Positions 22,101 through 32,564 of a stretch of DNA of 64,000 nt are shown here, in pieces. The notes beneath the pieces are model-generated. The model did not search any database and was not told where the DNA came from. It saw only the letters and a program-made list of their open reading frames with translations. Positions within the stretch are counted from its first letter, which is position 1, and each line of letters starts with the position of its first letter. Origin of the DNA: Histomonas meleagridis 2922-C6/04-290x (lineage: Eukaryota > Protista > Parabasalia); contig JAANOX010000017.1 of assembly GCA_020184695.1 (NCBI GenBank), positions 186,001 through 250,000 of the forward strand. The letters run 5' to 3'. The translations under genes were made by a program, and so were the position numbers.

Positions 22101-24640
22101 CATTATTATTACGTAATGCTGAATTATGTTTTTCGGAATTCATCAAAAAAAGTTTCGCAAGTAAACATTCGGATTTATTTTTAAATGCAATATATCGATT
22201 ATTAAAGAATAAAGAAGAATTTGGTGCATTATTATTAAAACATGCCGGTGATTTATTTCTTTTAAGTCAATTTCGTATTAAAACTGGATCAATAATCGCG
22301 CAAAAGTTCTTAAAGAAATATATACCATTTTATGCTAATAAAATAGGTTATACTGATATTCAACTTGAGAATGAATTAAAGAAAGGTGTTAAAATAGAAA
22401 TAATTCCTTTTATTCATTTCCATCGAGTTGCAGAAGATGTAGTTAAATCATGTTTATCATTAATGAAATCTAAGTTTAAAGTCTCATTAAAAGTATTAAT
22501 TGACGTATTAATCCCTTGGGTTCGATTATTTAGATTATTACGTAATCCTGGAATGTGTGTACCAACTGTTAATACTTTTGGTAAACGATTATTACCATCG
22601 GAGTTCTTAAATGATCTTTTAGAAATAACTAAGAACACAAGTCCACATGAATTCCAACGCGTTGCAGGAATATGGGCTTGTTTATTAGAGACGGAAGATC
22701 ATAAACAATTAATACCGACGTATATATTAGAATGTGCTAATAATGACATTAAAAGGCGTTTATTCGGATATTTATTTGAGAAGTTTCCTGAAGAAATTGG
22801 GAAATTCTTAGTGAAACAATGTAAATTCTCATATTATGCTTATATTACATATCAATGTAAATCAGATTTCGAAAATGAATTTTGGATTACACCTGTTTTA
22901 TCTAAAATCATTAAAACAGAAACACAATATTTCGAAGATCGTTTACCATTAATTGCACAATTTTCTTTATTATTTCATTCTAATCAAACACAATATTTAT
23001 TAAAATCGTTATGTCAAACTTTATCTATACCTTATAATCGTAGAACTTTAAGTATTTCTTCAATAAGACAAATTGTAGGAAGATTACAAAATGTATTTCA
23101 ACAACGATATAATAATGATAAAGAGAAATTAAAGAAAAACATGTTACGATGGATAATGGAATCAATGCGATGGAGTATTGGCTGTAAGAACTTACGTATA
23201 GCTTATACGTCATTAATTATCTTAAATACATTAGATGAAAACAATTATTTAGAAGATGAAAATATTATTATTGATTTATTACATGGGTTATGTGAAAGTT
23301 GTGCATATTTCTTAAATAATATTAATGTTAATGATAATGAAAAAGAAAAAAGTTCGACTTATGATTTCATTAATGAAACATTTACTGTATTTAACAAACA
23401 TTTTGATAATAATGAAGAATTTTGTTTAAATTATATTAAAACTTATTTACCATTTGTTATTACCGTCGATGCATATTTTAGTGAAATTCTTCCTTTATAT
23501 TTGAAATGCTTAAAATCAGATAAAGTACGTGAAGAATCTCTTCAATGTATATTACATGTATTACGCCCAAGTTTTAATGAACTTGAATCTGATTCTAAAA
23601 CACGTAAAACATTTTATGAATGCTTAAAAATGCGTGATGTTGAACCATGGAAAATTGATTTATTATTTGTTAACGCTGCTTTACAAAAGAACATTGATGT
23701 TAATGAATTAATTAATACAGCTAAAACAGAACAATTAAATCGCGCTTTTAATCATTATGCTTTAATGATGGAAACAGCTTCTGTTGATTTAAAGCGACGA
23801 ATATTTGAGAATTCTTCATTAATACTTCAACGCATTGAGAACGAAGTACAAAAAAATAAAAACAAGAAAATTAATAAAAACAAAAATAATAAGAAAAATC
23901 GTTTGATACAACCAACGTCATTAACAGAAACATCGATTATAGCAACACAACAAAACATTAAACTCGATGAAAATAATAACGAAATATCGACTTCTCATGA
24001 ACAATTAATTGACCCTGACAATGAACTTAATAAACAATCTCTTTTAACAATATTTCAAGAAGCAATTAAAATGCTTCCTGAAATGGATGAAGCTCTTGTC
24101 TTCATCCAAAACATTTCCCGTTTCGACCCATTGATCTCGACATTACCGGTGATCGATGATAAAAGTTGGCCAATTGCTGCCAAGTCAGTAATTAATGAGC
24201 TCGACAAACTTGGAACAAAAGGTAATAATGTCGTGGTGTTAACTGATTGCGTTGACTTAAATTCAACATCGAATTTATTAAACCCAAACAGTGAGCCGAA
24301 AATTTTGCCATTCACGTCGTTCCATGATATATTGTCCAATATGATGGGAGGTAAAGGTAACCATCAAATTAGATCAATGGGAAGTTGGTTCGACCGAATT
24401 TCGAGAAAGTTCTTCACGTTAATAGTCGAAATTCAGACAAAATTGTCCGAAAGAATCGAACAAACACAAATGTTGGCAAAAGGGAATTATCAGCCTTTGC
24501 CATTAAACTTGGTGCTAATTAATGATAATAATAAAATTAAAAAGGTGAAGCCGAGAGTGGATATATTATGCTCAAATGAAGAGTTCTTAAAAATGTTGCC
24601 GGATAAGAATTTGTCGAAATTCGATGAGCAAAGAGATTAA
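19112..24640 (+). CDS. Giant alpha-solenoid protein, second Furry/Tao3-like paralog
   Basis: 1842-aa ORF with RWSIGCKNLRIAYTSLIILNTL and LSSSHPIIRIIAYKLL motifs; same layout as 4940-11035. Confidence 0.5.
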   Translation: MTHIFKAVFDEHLEKLWPIIDQTVSKKMNEINSGKQLKIIDIFNSNKFPRSIPFYNRMISTLAELESDNFNIILPDLTKSIQDILGNKHNKLFEVFYSSMEDSGYSWPVKFIDTFQLLLLTDLLSHILSKQKKIDRNASKLLIETGLEICGYSKDEVDLAILILNQYSMIFSIISRISPTLIYEHIMNKYIIKKTDKFFVLMRYVRLDLPDSGATGLIEMMKGRLEYAVKHKLLSSITFISLSTFLLSYQGSDTSILNYFFQTALEKCDEFPGAIDLVTKLLPKMNWDSESVNKFYEEKVYPLTNTEEGMITAVRAFISLIFWDKINIEYLYLGIKERSNVFTFLDSTNKKIDQSTENSYTSKFIKYYINSKYYNKCPTLIRDVLILLAALDFNTFLKVIVPKYKKFELESDPFLVFLSTIPIINDKFINKKLANKEEISQFNAEISKIMNKRLQIVLKSSKTYGISKELLEKYIKQVDTSSHIVENVCTHWGINFGESYQDSHFLMNTLTNKSSINSQNSSIRIVQIIPFILKCEQFRITEWIESLILFSSNPNPEISKPSYQICQTLLQDPEKRSLIINVLVNKINSEQPIEVIFICLSLLSYGVKQIEPGIPQNEEDIKYKIEFCAFLGLSSSHPIIRIIAYKLLFKLNKILQNKGFYSQIEDHINAISSNSKQNMLLEEFSKRPNHPEHKEDDLEFNDAMCSRYPEPWLFFLAEIGKILIFSNYYPILFHLQKISKTFTLNNNKPNHFDLGILILLFSTCTKQEFIDKSLYDHPESEIHIITDNYLEPFFSQIELNCFEYKQQLLFIAMRHSNYTIIPYVIEQLTKFNDLKILPSLYLMLCTIKGNTKLLNAVSNNVCIILISLIQKFNDYGLYNPNFDDNSYSHKKIEIDSTLEKYILNFFSCLLILLDIDNIENICNKGIMSSFFILAVGLCFGNSQFNEQKEKIQKIQEYASCALVSILETGPILEKFFHNKLLHKIKKCELHGYHAMVPLLLRNAELCFSEFIKKSFASKHSDLFLNAIYRLLKNKEEFGALLLKHAGDLFLLSQFRIKTGSIIAQKFLKKYIPFYANKIGYTDIQLENELKKGVKIEIIPFIHFHRVAEDVVKSCLSLMKSKFKVSLKVLIDVLIPWVRLFRLLRNPGMCVPTVNTFGKRLLPSEFLNDLLEITKNTSPHEFQRVAGIWACLLETEDHKQLIPTYILECANNDIKRRLFGYLFEKFPEEIGKFLVKQCKFSYYAYITYQCKSDFENEFWITPVLSKIIKTETQYFEDRLPLIAQFSLLFHSNQTQYLLKSLCQTLSIPYNRRTLSISSIRQIVGRLQNVFQQRYNNDKEKLKKNMLRWIMESMRWSIGCKNLRIAYTSLIILNTLDENNYLEDENIIIDLLHGLCESCAYFLNNINVNDNEKEKSSTYDFINETFTVFNKHFDNNEEFCLNYIKTYLPFVITVDAYFSEILPLYLKCLKSDKVREESLQCILHVLRPSFNELESDSKTRKTFYECLKMRDVEPWKIDLLFVNAALQKNIDVNELINTAKTEQLNRAFNHYALMMETASVDLKRRIFENSSLILQRIENEVQKNKNKKINKNKNNKKNRLIQPTSLTETSIIATQQNIKLDENNNEISTSHEQLIDPDNELNKQSLLTIFQEAIKMLPEMDEALVFIQNISRFDPLISTLPVIDDKSWPIAAKSVINELDKLGTKGNNVVVLTDCVDLNSTSNLLNPNSEPKILPFTSFHDILSNMMGGKGNHQIRSMGSWFDRISRKFFTLIVEIQTKLSERIEQTQMLAKGNYQPLPLNLVLINDNNKIKKVKPRVDILCSNEEFLKMLPDKNLSKFDEQRD

Positions 24641-26035
24641 AAATATAAATATATTTAATAAAAATTTAATGTACTTAAATATATAAATGGTTCATAACTG
24701 ATGTTTAATTGTTATTATTGTAATTAAACTAAAATACAGTTAAAGAAAATAAAAATGTTTGCTTGATTTTGGTTTTTTGATAAATCATAATTTAAAATTC
24801 AGCATTTACATGAAATTTGATTGATTAAAATGGGAGATTTCCTAAAACAGTTTCATCAAAATGATTACTTTTAATTATAAATCATTGCTTTTTCGTATAG
24901 AAATTAAAACAAGAAAAATAATATTATTAGTTAAACTTTTATATAACTAAATGATTTAAATCCATCTATATTTTGTAATATATACATTAAATTTGTTTTT
25001 ATCAATTTCAACTTTTCGATGTTTCCGAATTTAATGTTGAATTGAAATTTCGTGTTGGTATACAAATTCTTCAAATTAAAAATGTAATAATTCATTCCAA
25101 TCATAATAAGAATGATTATAATACAGTGCCATCTGTGAATAAATACAATCTTGAAATCATCAATTCAAAAAAGAGAACCAATAAAAATGGGAAAATTTTG
25201 TTTTTGATTATTTCATTTTTATCATTGTTTCTTTTGTTTTTTAATAGACAAACATTGATTTCAATCAAAAACAAAACAAAAATTTTTAGTAAACTTTGAA
25301 ACAAAATATAAAATAAACACGAAAAAATATTAACTATTATAAAGGATTGTAAATTGATATAATAAAATACCCTATTAAAACATAAAAGAGTTTAAAAAGG
25401 ATATATTCGAATTTATTTTTGATAATAACGAAAAATCATTTTATTTGATGTGACCATGCTTTGGATCAAACAAAAAGAATGAAATATAATCAATCAAGAA
25501 ATAAAGAACAATCACTCATCACGAAATATTCTTTGAGAGAATTAGGCAAATTATCTAACAGACAAAAGAGTATGTTTCTGAATATTGTATGAAAAAATTA
25601 CTTTGATATCCGGAAATTTAATAAAATAAAAAAAATTACAATTTACCTCAGTGTTTAACAAAAATTATTGATAAAACCACATTGTTTAATCAGTTGTGTA
25701 TAATTATCTGGCGTGTTGTTCAAAAATTCAGTAAATCTCATAACTTTGGTTAATCGTTCTATGAGTTTGTTCAATAACTTATTTAACCTGTCTCACTGCG
25801 AGTTGTTAACACACTTGTTTGTTGACGAGAATATTATCTTGAAACTGAGAATATTTGAACATGTTAAGTCAATTTTTTTTTTTTTTTTTTAAAAATACAT
25901 AAATGTTCCTTGATTAAGTACATTGAGCGTAGACAAACAATCAGATTAGGGTACAAATGAATTAATTATACGAAAAATAAATTGTCAATTTTTTTTGACA
26001 CAATTTTTTTCTGTCATGTTCTACCAAACAAGAAT

Positions 26036-27547
26036 ATGAAGAATGAAGAAAAATTGGAAATGATTAATGATAAAATATTAATAATTCATCCCCAAATGAC
26101 AGGTGGGGATAACTCATATATTGGTCCAGCAAAATTACGCGAAGTAATAACATATTTATTTCATTGTAGCAAACGTCCTAAATGGTTATATATCTCAGAA
26201 CCCTCACTTATCAGTAAAATTCAGGTTGTCTTTTTTGAAGGTCTAGATCAATCTCTTTATGAAAAATACCAAGATCTTCTTCCAGAATTTGTTTCTATAT
26301 CACGCGATGGTTTTCCAGTATCCGTTGTAGCACATTCAAAAGCAGGTCAATTTACACCAGGTATTTCTACTATGCTTGGGATTCATCCCAAGAAAAAACT
26401 ATCAACAAAATTTAATTCTTATGAAGAAATGATTCTTACACCACTTCAGCTCTATGACAATGGCTTACCAATTCGAGACCCACCAGAAGTCACAACTAAA
26501 CTTCGGTGCCAATTTTTCAATACAAATCCGTTAACATTAGAAGAACTTTCCGAGTTTGAAGAACTTCCAGAATCAGTTGGCAATGCTCTTCCCATCATTT
26601 CTATTGATTGTGAAATGATTGAAACCAATCTTGGTGAAGAATGTTGTCGACTATCAGTTGTTGATGACACTGGTAAAGTAGTTACTGACTTATTTCTAAA
26701 GCCGCTTGGCGATATTATTGATCTTCGTACCGAAGTTTCAGGTATTACCACAGATCGCATATCGGATGCTGAATTCACATCATTCGAATGCGTCAAAGTT
26801 TTATCACAATATGCTTCCAAACAAACCATAATATGCGGGCATTCATTAGAAAATGATTTCCGTGCCATGCATTTAATCCATTTACGAGTTATTGACACAT
26901 CTGTGATCTATAACAAAGATGCAGCATATCCATATAAGCCATCGCTATCACGACTTTATCAGAAGTATATTAAGAAACAACTTCGACAAGAAAATTGTTC
27001 ACATGATAGTATCGATGATGCACGCGCTGCAATGGAATTAATAAAATATGCAATGACTGATAACATACATAAGGTACAACCTAAGCCACAAGTTCCTGAT
27101 TTGTTTGCAAAGATTAAATCGAAAGTTGTCGAAATCGGTATATTTGCTCCTAATGATGTCGTCGATTATGACGGATTACAGAATAACATTAAATGCGTTT
27201 TGGATGATGATCCGCAAATGTTATTAAATAAAGTTGTCGAAATTAACAATGATAACCCTTCGCCTGTTTCGTTTGTGTTCTTTAATGGGTTATGTAAATG
27301 TGAACCAATTGAAGAAGAAGAAAAGAAACATTGCGATTTATATAATTCATATTTGAAGGTGCTAAAAGAGAATTTGTCCGATGAACAAATTATGTTAGTG
27401 TATACTGGTAACGGAAGTAAAAGAAGATTAAGCGTAGACTTTAAAAATCTAGACCCGAAATTCCATAGCCCGGGAAAAGACCCAAACAGAAAGGAAGAAT
27501 TTGAAAAATGCAAAAGAGCTTTGTCTTGGATTTATTATGATAAATAA
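26036..27547 (+). CDS. DEDDh RNA exonuclease (REX1/REXO1-like)
   Basis: ISIDCEMIET, TEVSGIT, ICGHSLENDFRAM, VIDTS, YKPSLSRL, HDSIDDARAAMEL. Confidence 0.9.
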   Translation: MKNEEKLEMINDKILIIHPQMTGGDNSYIGPAKLREVITYLFHCSKRPKWLYISEPSLISKIQVVFFEGLDQSLYEKYQDLLPEFVSISRDGFPVSVVAHSKAGQFTPGISTMLGIHPKKKLSTKFNSYEEMILTPLQLYDNGLPIRDPPEVTTKLRCQFFNTNPLTLEELSEFEELPESVGNALPIISIDCEMIETNLGEECCRLSVVDDTGKVVTDLFLKPLGDIIDLRTEVSGITTDRISDAEFTSFECVKVLSQYASKQTIICGHSLENDFRAMHLIHLRVIDTSVIYNKDAAYPYKPSLSRLYQKYIKKQLRQENCSHDSIDDARAAMELIKYAMTDNIHKVQPKPQVPDLFAKIKSKVVEIGIFAPNDVVDYDGLQNNIKCVLDDDPQMLLNKVVEINNDNPSPVSFVFFNGLCKCEPIEEEEKKHCDLYNSYLKVLKENLSDEQIMLVYTGNGSKRRLSVDFKNLDPKFHSPGKDPNRKEEFEKCKRALSWIYYDK

Positions 27548-27897
27548 ATAGAATTTTTAACTTTTTTTTTAAATGAATATGAAGTTTCAGATTAAATTTC
27601 ATTTCTTATGAGTGAATAAAATTACTTTAGTTTTAATGTAAAAAAATTTTTCTTTCATATACATAATCTTCTTATTTAATTTTGGATAAAATGTAAGCAA
27701 TTTGAATTATCATCAAAATTCTCTCAAAGAAATAACAAGTGTACGTATGATAAGATTAAAACATAGAGATAATTATATATTTTTGTTTTTTATCTTTTGA
27801 CTCGCATTGAAAAGATAATTGGATTTCAATTGAAAATCCGTTGGACATTGAATGGGATTGTGAATATCGGTTTTTTGGGGCAGCCCAAGGTGCAGAA

Positions 27898-28542
27898 ATG
27901 AAAACAAGAGGTGCAGTCAACAGAGAAAATTTAATTCAGAAACAAAATGAAGAGCCTCATGGCAATAATGTAAGAAGAATTAAATTTACGTATAATTCTG
28001 AAAAGCCAGAGGAATCGTTAGATTTAAATTCCCAATTAAAAGAAAATTTTCAAATAAAGCGAATAATATTCACAAACGAAAAACAAGCAAATACAGAAGA
28101 TACCTTTTTTATGAAAAATTTATCAACAATGGATCAAGCAGATTTTGTAAAATGTGTGAAAACAACAAAAAAGATGCATGATTCTCCTGCCTTCTCTATT
28201 GTTAGAAGTATAGAGGAACCTCTTGGTAAAATTTATCACACAGTTTTTCCTACATCATTAATGATCGAAGATGTTATGTCACATCTTGAAAAAGGGGAAT
28301 ATTCTACTATAGAAGAATGGGAATCAGACGTAAATATGATTTGGAAAAGCGCAATAACAAAATATAACAAAAATGATCGACTCGAAACAATGTACCATAC
28401 CATGGCTCTTGACTTAAAAGAAAAATTTTACAAATACTTTTACAAGTTGCAAATGTCACCAGAGGCATATTGGATTTATCGAATGCAAAAATTACTCGAA
28501 AAGTGTGAAAAACTACAAATTGAATCAAGAAGTATGAGATAA
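27898..28542 (+). CDS. Bromodomain-like protein
   Basis: IYHTVFPTSLMIEDVMSHLEKGEYSTIEEWESDVNMIWKSAITKYN resembles bromodomain helices (Y..I.EW..DV.LIW.NA..YN). Confidence 0.65.
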   Translation: MKTRGAVNRENLIQKQNEEPHGNNVRRIKFTYNSEKPEESLDLNSQLKENFQIKRIIFTNEKQANTEDTFFMKNLSTMDQADFVKCVKTTKKMHDSPAFSIVRSIEEPLGKIYHTVFPTSLMIEDVMSHLEKGEYSTIEEWESDVNMIWKSAITKYNKNDRLETMYHTMALDLKEKFYKYFYKLQMSPEAYWIYRMQKLLEKCEKLQIESRSMR

Positions 28543-28616
28543 ACAAAAACAATGTGTTTTATATAAAACTGGTTTTAGATAAGTTTAATGGTATTAAATT
28601 TTTAATAAAAATTTTG

Positions 28617-29264
28617 TTAATCTGATTCATCATCAGAATCTAAAATTTCATCATATAAATATAAAAATTTTCCATTTGGATTAATTGGTGATGGAGACAT
28701 TGATTTCTTAAATATGAAAACACTTGTATCTCCTGTTTCAACACTAACTGTGATGTTTTTTTCTAGTTTCCATGGAAGTATCTCCTGGTTTTCAAGAACA
28801 CTGATTCTTTCTCTAGTTTTACCGAATGTGATTTCAATGAATATACCACCTGGTTCGAGCACTCTTGCGATTTCTGTCATCATTTTCGTTACTGGAACTT
28901 CATAATGTCTACAACATAAAAGTGCATCTAAAGTTCCTTTATCTATAACACATGAAAAAACGCCATCTCTAAATTGTAGATAACATGCATCCATTGGTAA
29001 GTAGCATCCGCCAAACTTTTTTTGCATTTTATTGATACAAGTATGTGAAATATCTGTCGAAATTATTGGCGTAATTCCTGCCTTCTCCATTTTAAATGAC
29101 ATATCTGAGTTACCACATCCAACAATTAACACTGGTGCGTTGATTCCTAAAGATGCTAAGTTTTCTTCAAAAAATTCTTCCCAATCAAAATACCAATCAA
29201 AAACGCCATCATCTTTTTCATATCTTGAGTCCCAATATTCTGCGCTTGAATAATCTCTAAACAT
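28617..29264 (-). CDS. Class I SAM-dependent methyltransferase (EEF1AKMT4/METTL13-N-like)
   Basis: YSSAEYWDSRY, FDWY, VLIVGCGNS, DIS, MDA, VIDKGTLDALLC, RVLEPGG. Confidence 0.88.
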   Translation of the reverse strand: MFRDYSSAEYWDSRYEKDDGVFDWYFDWEEFFEENLASLGINAPVLIVGCGNSDMSFKMEKAGITPIISTDISHTCINKMQKKFGGCYLPMDACYLQFRDGVFSCVIDKGTLDALLCCRHYEVPVTKMMTEIARVLEPGGIFIEITFGKTRERISVLENQEILPWKLEKNITVSVETGDTSVFIFKKSMSPSPINPNGKFLYLYDEILDSDDESD

Positions 29265-29368
29265 AAAAATAAAAAATCGATGAAACGTTCGTTTGCAAAA
29301 AGTTTTTTTGAATGAAAAACGTTACACAAAAACCGTTTATTTACTCTATTTTCTATTTTACAAAAAAA

Positions 29369-30463
29369 TCAATTTGTAGTTGAAGCATCAAGTAATTGAT
29401 CAGTCCGGAAACGATATTGACTTTTAGTCTTTGGGAATCTACAACGAAACAAGACCGAAGAAGTATTGTCATTAATTGATTTGCTATGGATTGAACTTGA
29501 TATAGAATTCTCTGATCGAAATATAGCTTCTGACCTACTCCTTAGCTTCGCAGTATTTCCAGAAAGAGGCAAACCCATTTCATGAGTTCTTACCTTTGAA
29601 GATTGAGGTTTTGGAATAATCAACTTTGCAGGCGATGACAATCTTCTCTCTTTTGGAACATACTGTCTTAGAGACTTTATGTCACTCAAGCTCTCAATGC
29701 TTGGTCTCTTCATGAAGTTCTTCTTTATTGTTGATTCAATAATAATTTTTATATCTTCATTAATGTTGTTTGGAATCTGAAAGGCGAACTTACCATCTGT
29801 AATGGATTTCACCATTGACATAGCATTGTTTGTTGGCCATGGAAAACTTTTGAATTTCATGAACGCCATAAGAACTCCAAGTGCCCAAACATCAGAATGT
29901 GGTCCTGTGAGATCTATTTTGCTGAAGTATTCCGGGGCTAAGAACGACAATTGCATAGGGTCTAGAGTTTCAAACGCCCATGATATATTTGGAGATGGTT
30001 TGTATAGATCTGTTATCAGAATTTCCTTTTGAGGTGTCAAGAAGATGTTGTTTGGCTTGATTGTGTTTGGTATGATCTTTTTCTTATGCAAAATTTGATA
30101 ACATTTTACTAAAAGCTTCCAGATGTAAAGAATTTTTTCATCATCGAAAGTCTCCTCAGAGCATATTACTTTTGTAAGAGATTTGAATGGCAAGTATGGT
30201 CTGATTAAAAAGAAGCAATTGTTCGTTTCAATTACATCAGTGTATGTAACAATGAAAGATAGGTTTGCTTCCTTTACCTTCTTAATTTCATCACGAAAGC
30301 TGTTGATTTTCTCTTCATTGCCTATAAATTCTTTTGGAAATGATTTGCAAATCATTGGTTGAGTTTTAGTTTTATCTTGAAGAACATAAGTTGGTCCATA
30401 GAAACCATTGTGGATTTCTTGAATGATTTGGTATTTTGTGCCAAATAGAACAGATGTATCCAT
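29369..30463 (-). CDS. Protein kinase fold, probable pseudokinase (CAMK-like)
   Basis: LAPE, DVWALGV and RPSIE are retained; HRD is replaced by PNT(IKPNN) and DFG by DLY. Confidence 0.8.
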   Translation of the reverse strand: MDTSVLFGTKYQIIQEIHNGFYGPTYVLQDKTKTQPMICKSFPKEFIGNEEKINSFRDEIKKVKEANLSFIVTYTDVIETNNCFFLIRPYLPFKSLTKVICSEETFDDEKILYIWKLLVKCYQILHKKKIIPNTIKPNNIFLTPQKEILITDLYKPSPNISWAFETLDPMQLSFLAPEYFSKIDLTGPHSDVWALGVLMAFMKFKSFPWPTNNAMSMVKSITDGKFAFQIPNNINEDIKIIIESTIKKNFMKRPSIESLSDIKSLRQYVPKERRLSSPAKLIIPKPQSSKVRTHEMGLPLSGNTAKLRSRSEAIFRSENSISSSIHSKSINDNTSSVLFRCRFPKTKSQYRFRTDQLLDASTTN

Positions 30464-31428
30464 TATGCAATTCTGGAATATGTCTGGTCATTCCACACAA
30501 TGTTGAGAACATATCGGTTTTATATAATAATTTAACAAGAGTATTCAAAAACTTGTGTTCTATGTTCAAATAATTGTGTATTGTGCATTCAAAAAACTGA
30601 ATTGAGGAAATTATCCTTTTGCCATTGAATTCAGGTGATAAAAAAATAACGGATAATATATATTATCAAAATATAACTTTTTGAAGCAAAACAACAAAAT
30701 TGAACGTCATCGTATTCAAATTATTTATACAATTCAGTGAATTAAAATTTCGAGCATTCAAACTTAAGGAATTGAACTTTTTCGTTTTTAATTGAGCTAA
30801 CGAAAATCATTTTCTTTGACATTAACTCGGAAGCACGCCGTCTTTGGTTTCAGAGATTGTTTTAGGTAGGCTTATTTCTATTTTGTTAACATTTAGGCTT
30901 CTAAAATAAAATTAAAATTTGCATCATCCTAAAAAATTTTCACGTTAGAAATGGAATGTCTCTGGCGTTACTTAAAAGATTTGATTACGTAGTGATTTTA
31001 TTGATATAATTGAATCTACGGATAAAGAATACTTTGGCATTATCAAGAAGAAAATATTTTTGAATTTGTTCATTCTCATACTTTATAAAAAATGCATGTG
31101 CAATAATGTATCAACTTCTAAACGCTTTGTGATCTGGACGCAGATATGGATATAGATATTGATTCAGATATTGATGTAGATTCCGATGATCTTAAATTAA
31201 GGGGTGATTCGTTTTAATGCTATGCATCGAATTTATTAAAAAGACCAATATTTAAAATATTTCATAAAACGTTTATCATTTCACTCTAAGTTGATCAAAT
31301 TTTCTTTATGTAATGGGGTTGACTGTTGATTGTGTTGTCTTGAAGGTAAGCAAAGGCAAAGAGCAGCTTCAAGGTTTGCGCTGTTCTTGCTGAGAATCAA
31401 ACGTTTATCAAAAGTGACAAAGTCTGGA

Positions 31429-32241
31429 ATGTTGGATTCTTTAGCTGCATTGAAGCAACGAACGAAGGCCCAAACTGCTGCTGCACGAAGAACACTTGTT
31501 CAAAATAATGGAAATGATAAATATGTAAGCGTAGAAGAACTTCATAGGCAAGAGATCGAAAGACAAATTGAAGCAGAGGCAGAAAGCAAGCGTAGAGAAA
31601 AAATGGAACGCATTCGTAAAGCTTCCGAAATTCTTCCTACTGATTCTAACGAAACTATTGCACGTGATACTAATGAAAGTCAACTCGATTCTTTTTCACG
31701 AATTATCAGCGAGTTTAGGAGACAAATTGATAACTCCCCTGATCTCAGAGTTATGCTTGCAGATCCTGAAGTTACTGAAGAGCAACCAAATGATCATCCA
31801 ACTGTCAAATTCTTCAAAGGTGTCATTGATGAATGGCGAATTCGTCTTTTCTCACTCCCGGATGAAGAGCTTGCTTCACGTAAGCAGGAATTAGTCATTA
31901 TGTGGCATTGCTTTTTCTCATTACAACCATTATTTGATGGACTCAATAAGCACGATTTAGGTCGTGACATCTCCGTTGAGACCACAGAGATTGCCAACCA
32001 TCTCAGAAAGCTTGATTTCAATGCTGCCAAAACTCATTACAACAATCTCGCCATCGGCAATAACATTTGGCCGATTGGTATCACACAGTACAGTATCCAC
32101 TGGAAGTTCTCATTGGATTTAATGGACAGTGAGCGCGTTTTGCACTTGTTTAACTCTGAGCCAGCGCGAAATGCAATCATTTCCATCAAAAGGCTGATGA
32201 GCAAATATGAAGAATTCCATGAAAAGAAAAACGCGTTATAA
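31429..32241 (+). CDS. PRP18: Pre-mRNA splicing factor Prp18
   Basis: LQPLF..L, YNNLAIGNNIWPIGIT..SIH and IISIKRLMS match the Prp18 domain (Y..LAIGN..WPIGVT..GIH...KRLMT). ATG 31429. Confidence 0.85.
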   Translation: MLDSLAALKQRTKAQTAAARRTLVQNNGNDKYVSVEELHRQEIERQIEAEAESKRREKMERIRKASEILPTDSNETIARDTNESQLDSFSRIISEFRRQIDNSPDLRVMLADPEVTEEQPNDHPTVKFFKGVIDEWRIRLFSLPDEELASRKQELVIMWHCFFSLQPLFDGLNKHDLGRDISVETTEIANHLRKLDFNAAKTHYNNLAIGNNIWPIGITQYSIHWKFSLDLMDSERVLHLFNSEPARNAIISIKRLMSKYEEFHEKKNAL

Positions 32242-32564
32242 TGTTTACTTTGTTGTGTTATGTTTTCTTGAGTAAAATATTAATTGTTAATATCTTATTT
32301 CAATATTTTACTTTGGTAATTATTTTCAAAATGTTATTATTGGATTGTTAACATTAATATACTTATGAGTTAATACTAAAAAATTTAATTTGATCTACAG
32401 AGAAATTATAATTCCAAATCAAAAAAGATTTATTGCATCTATTAAAATTTTCATTGCTGACACCAAAGCTTATAGATTCGTTCAGATTATTTCCATGCAT
32501 TAATAATAGCACATTTTAATAAAAAAAAATTATAAACTATAATTTGTATATTTTAATTCGACTT

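Noticed and set aside
26452-26898. Antisense ORFs overlapping conserved genes (also 47300-47590, 51031-51372, 31568-31894)
   Set aside because: Fully nested in or opposite to well-supported genes with no recognisable motifs; expected by chance in locally GC-richer coding DNA.
30940-31210. Possible transposase remnant (EMECLWRYLK, ISXO2/Merlin-like) with a D-rich tail
   Set aside because: Only a short motif amid multiple stops; no TIRs or DDE context recognisable.
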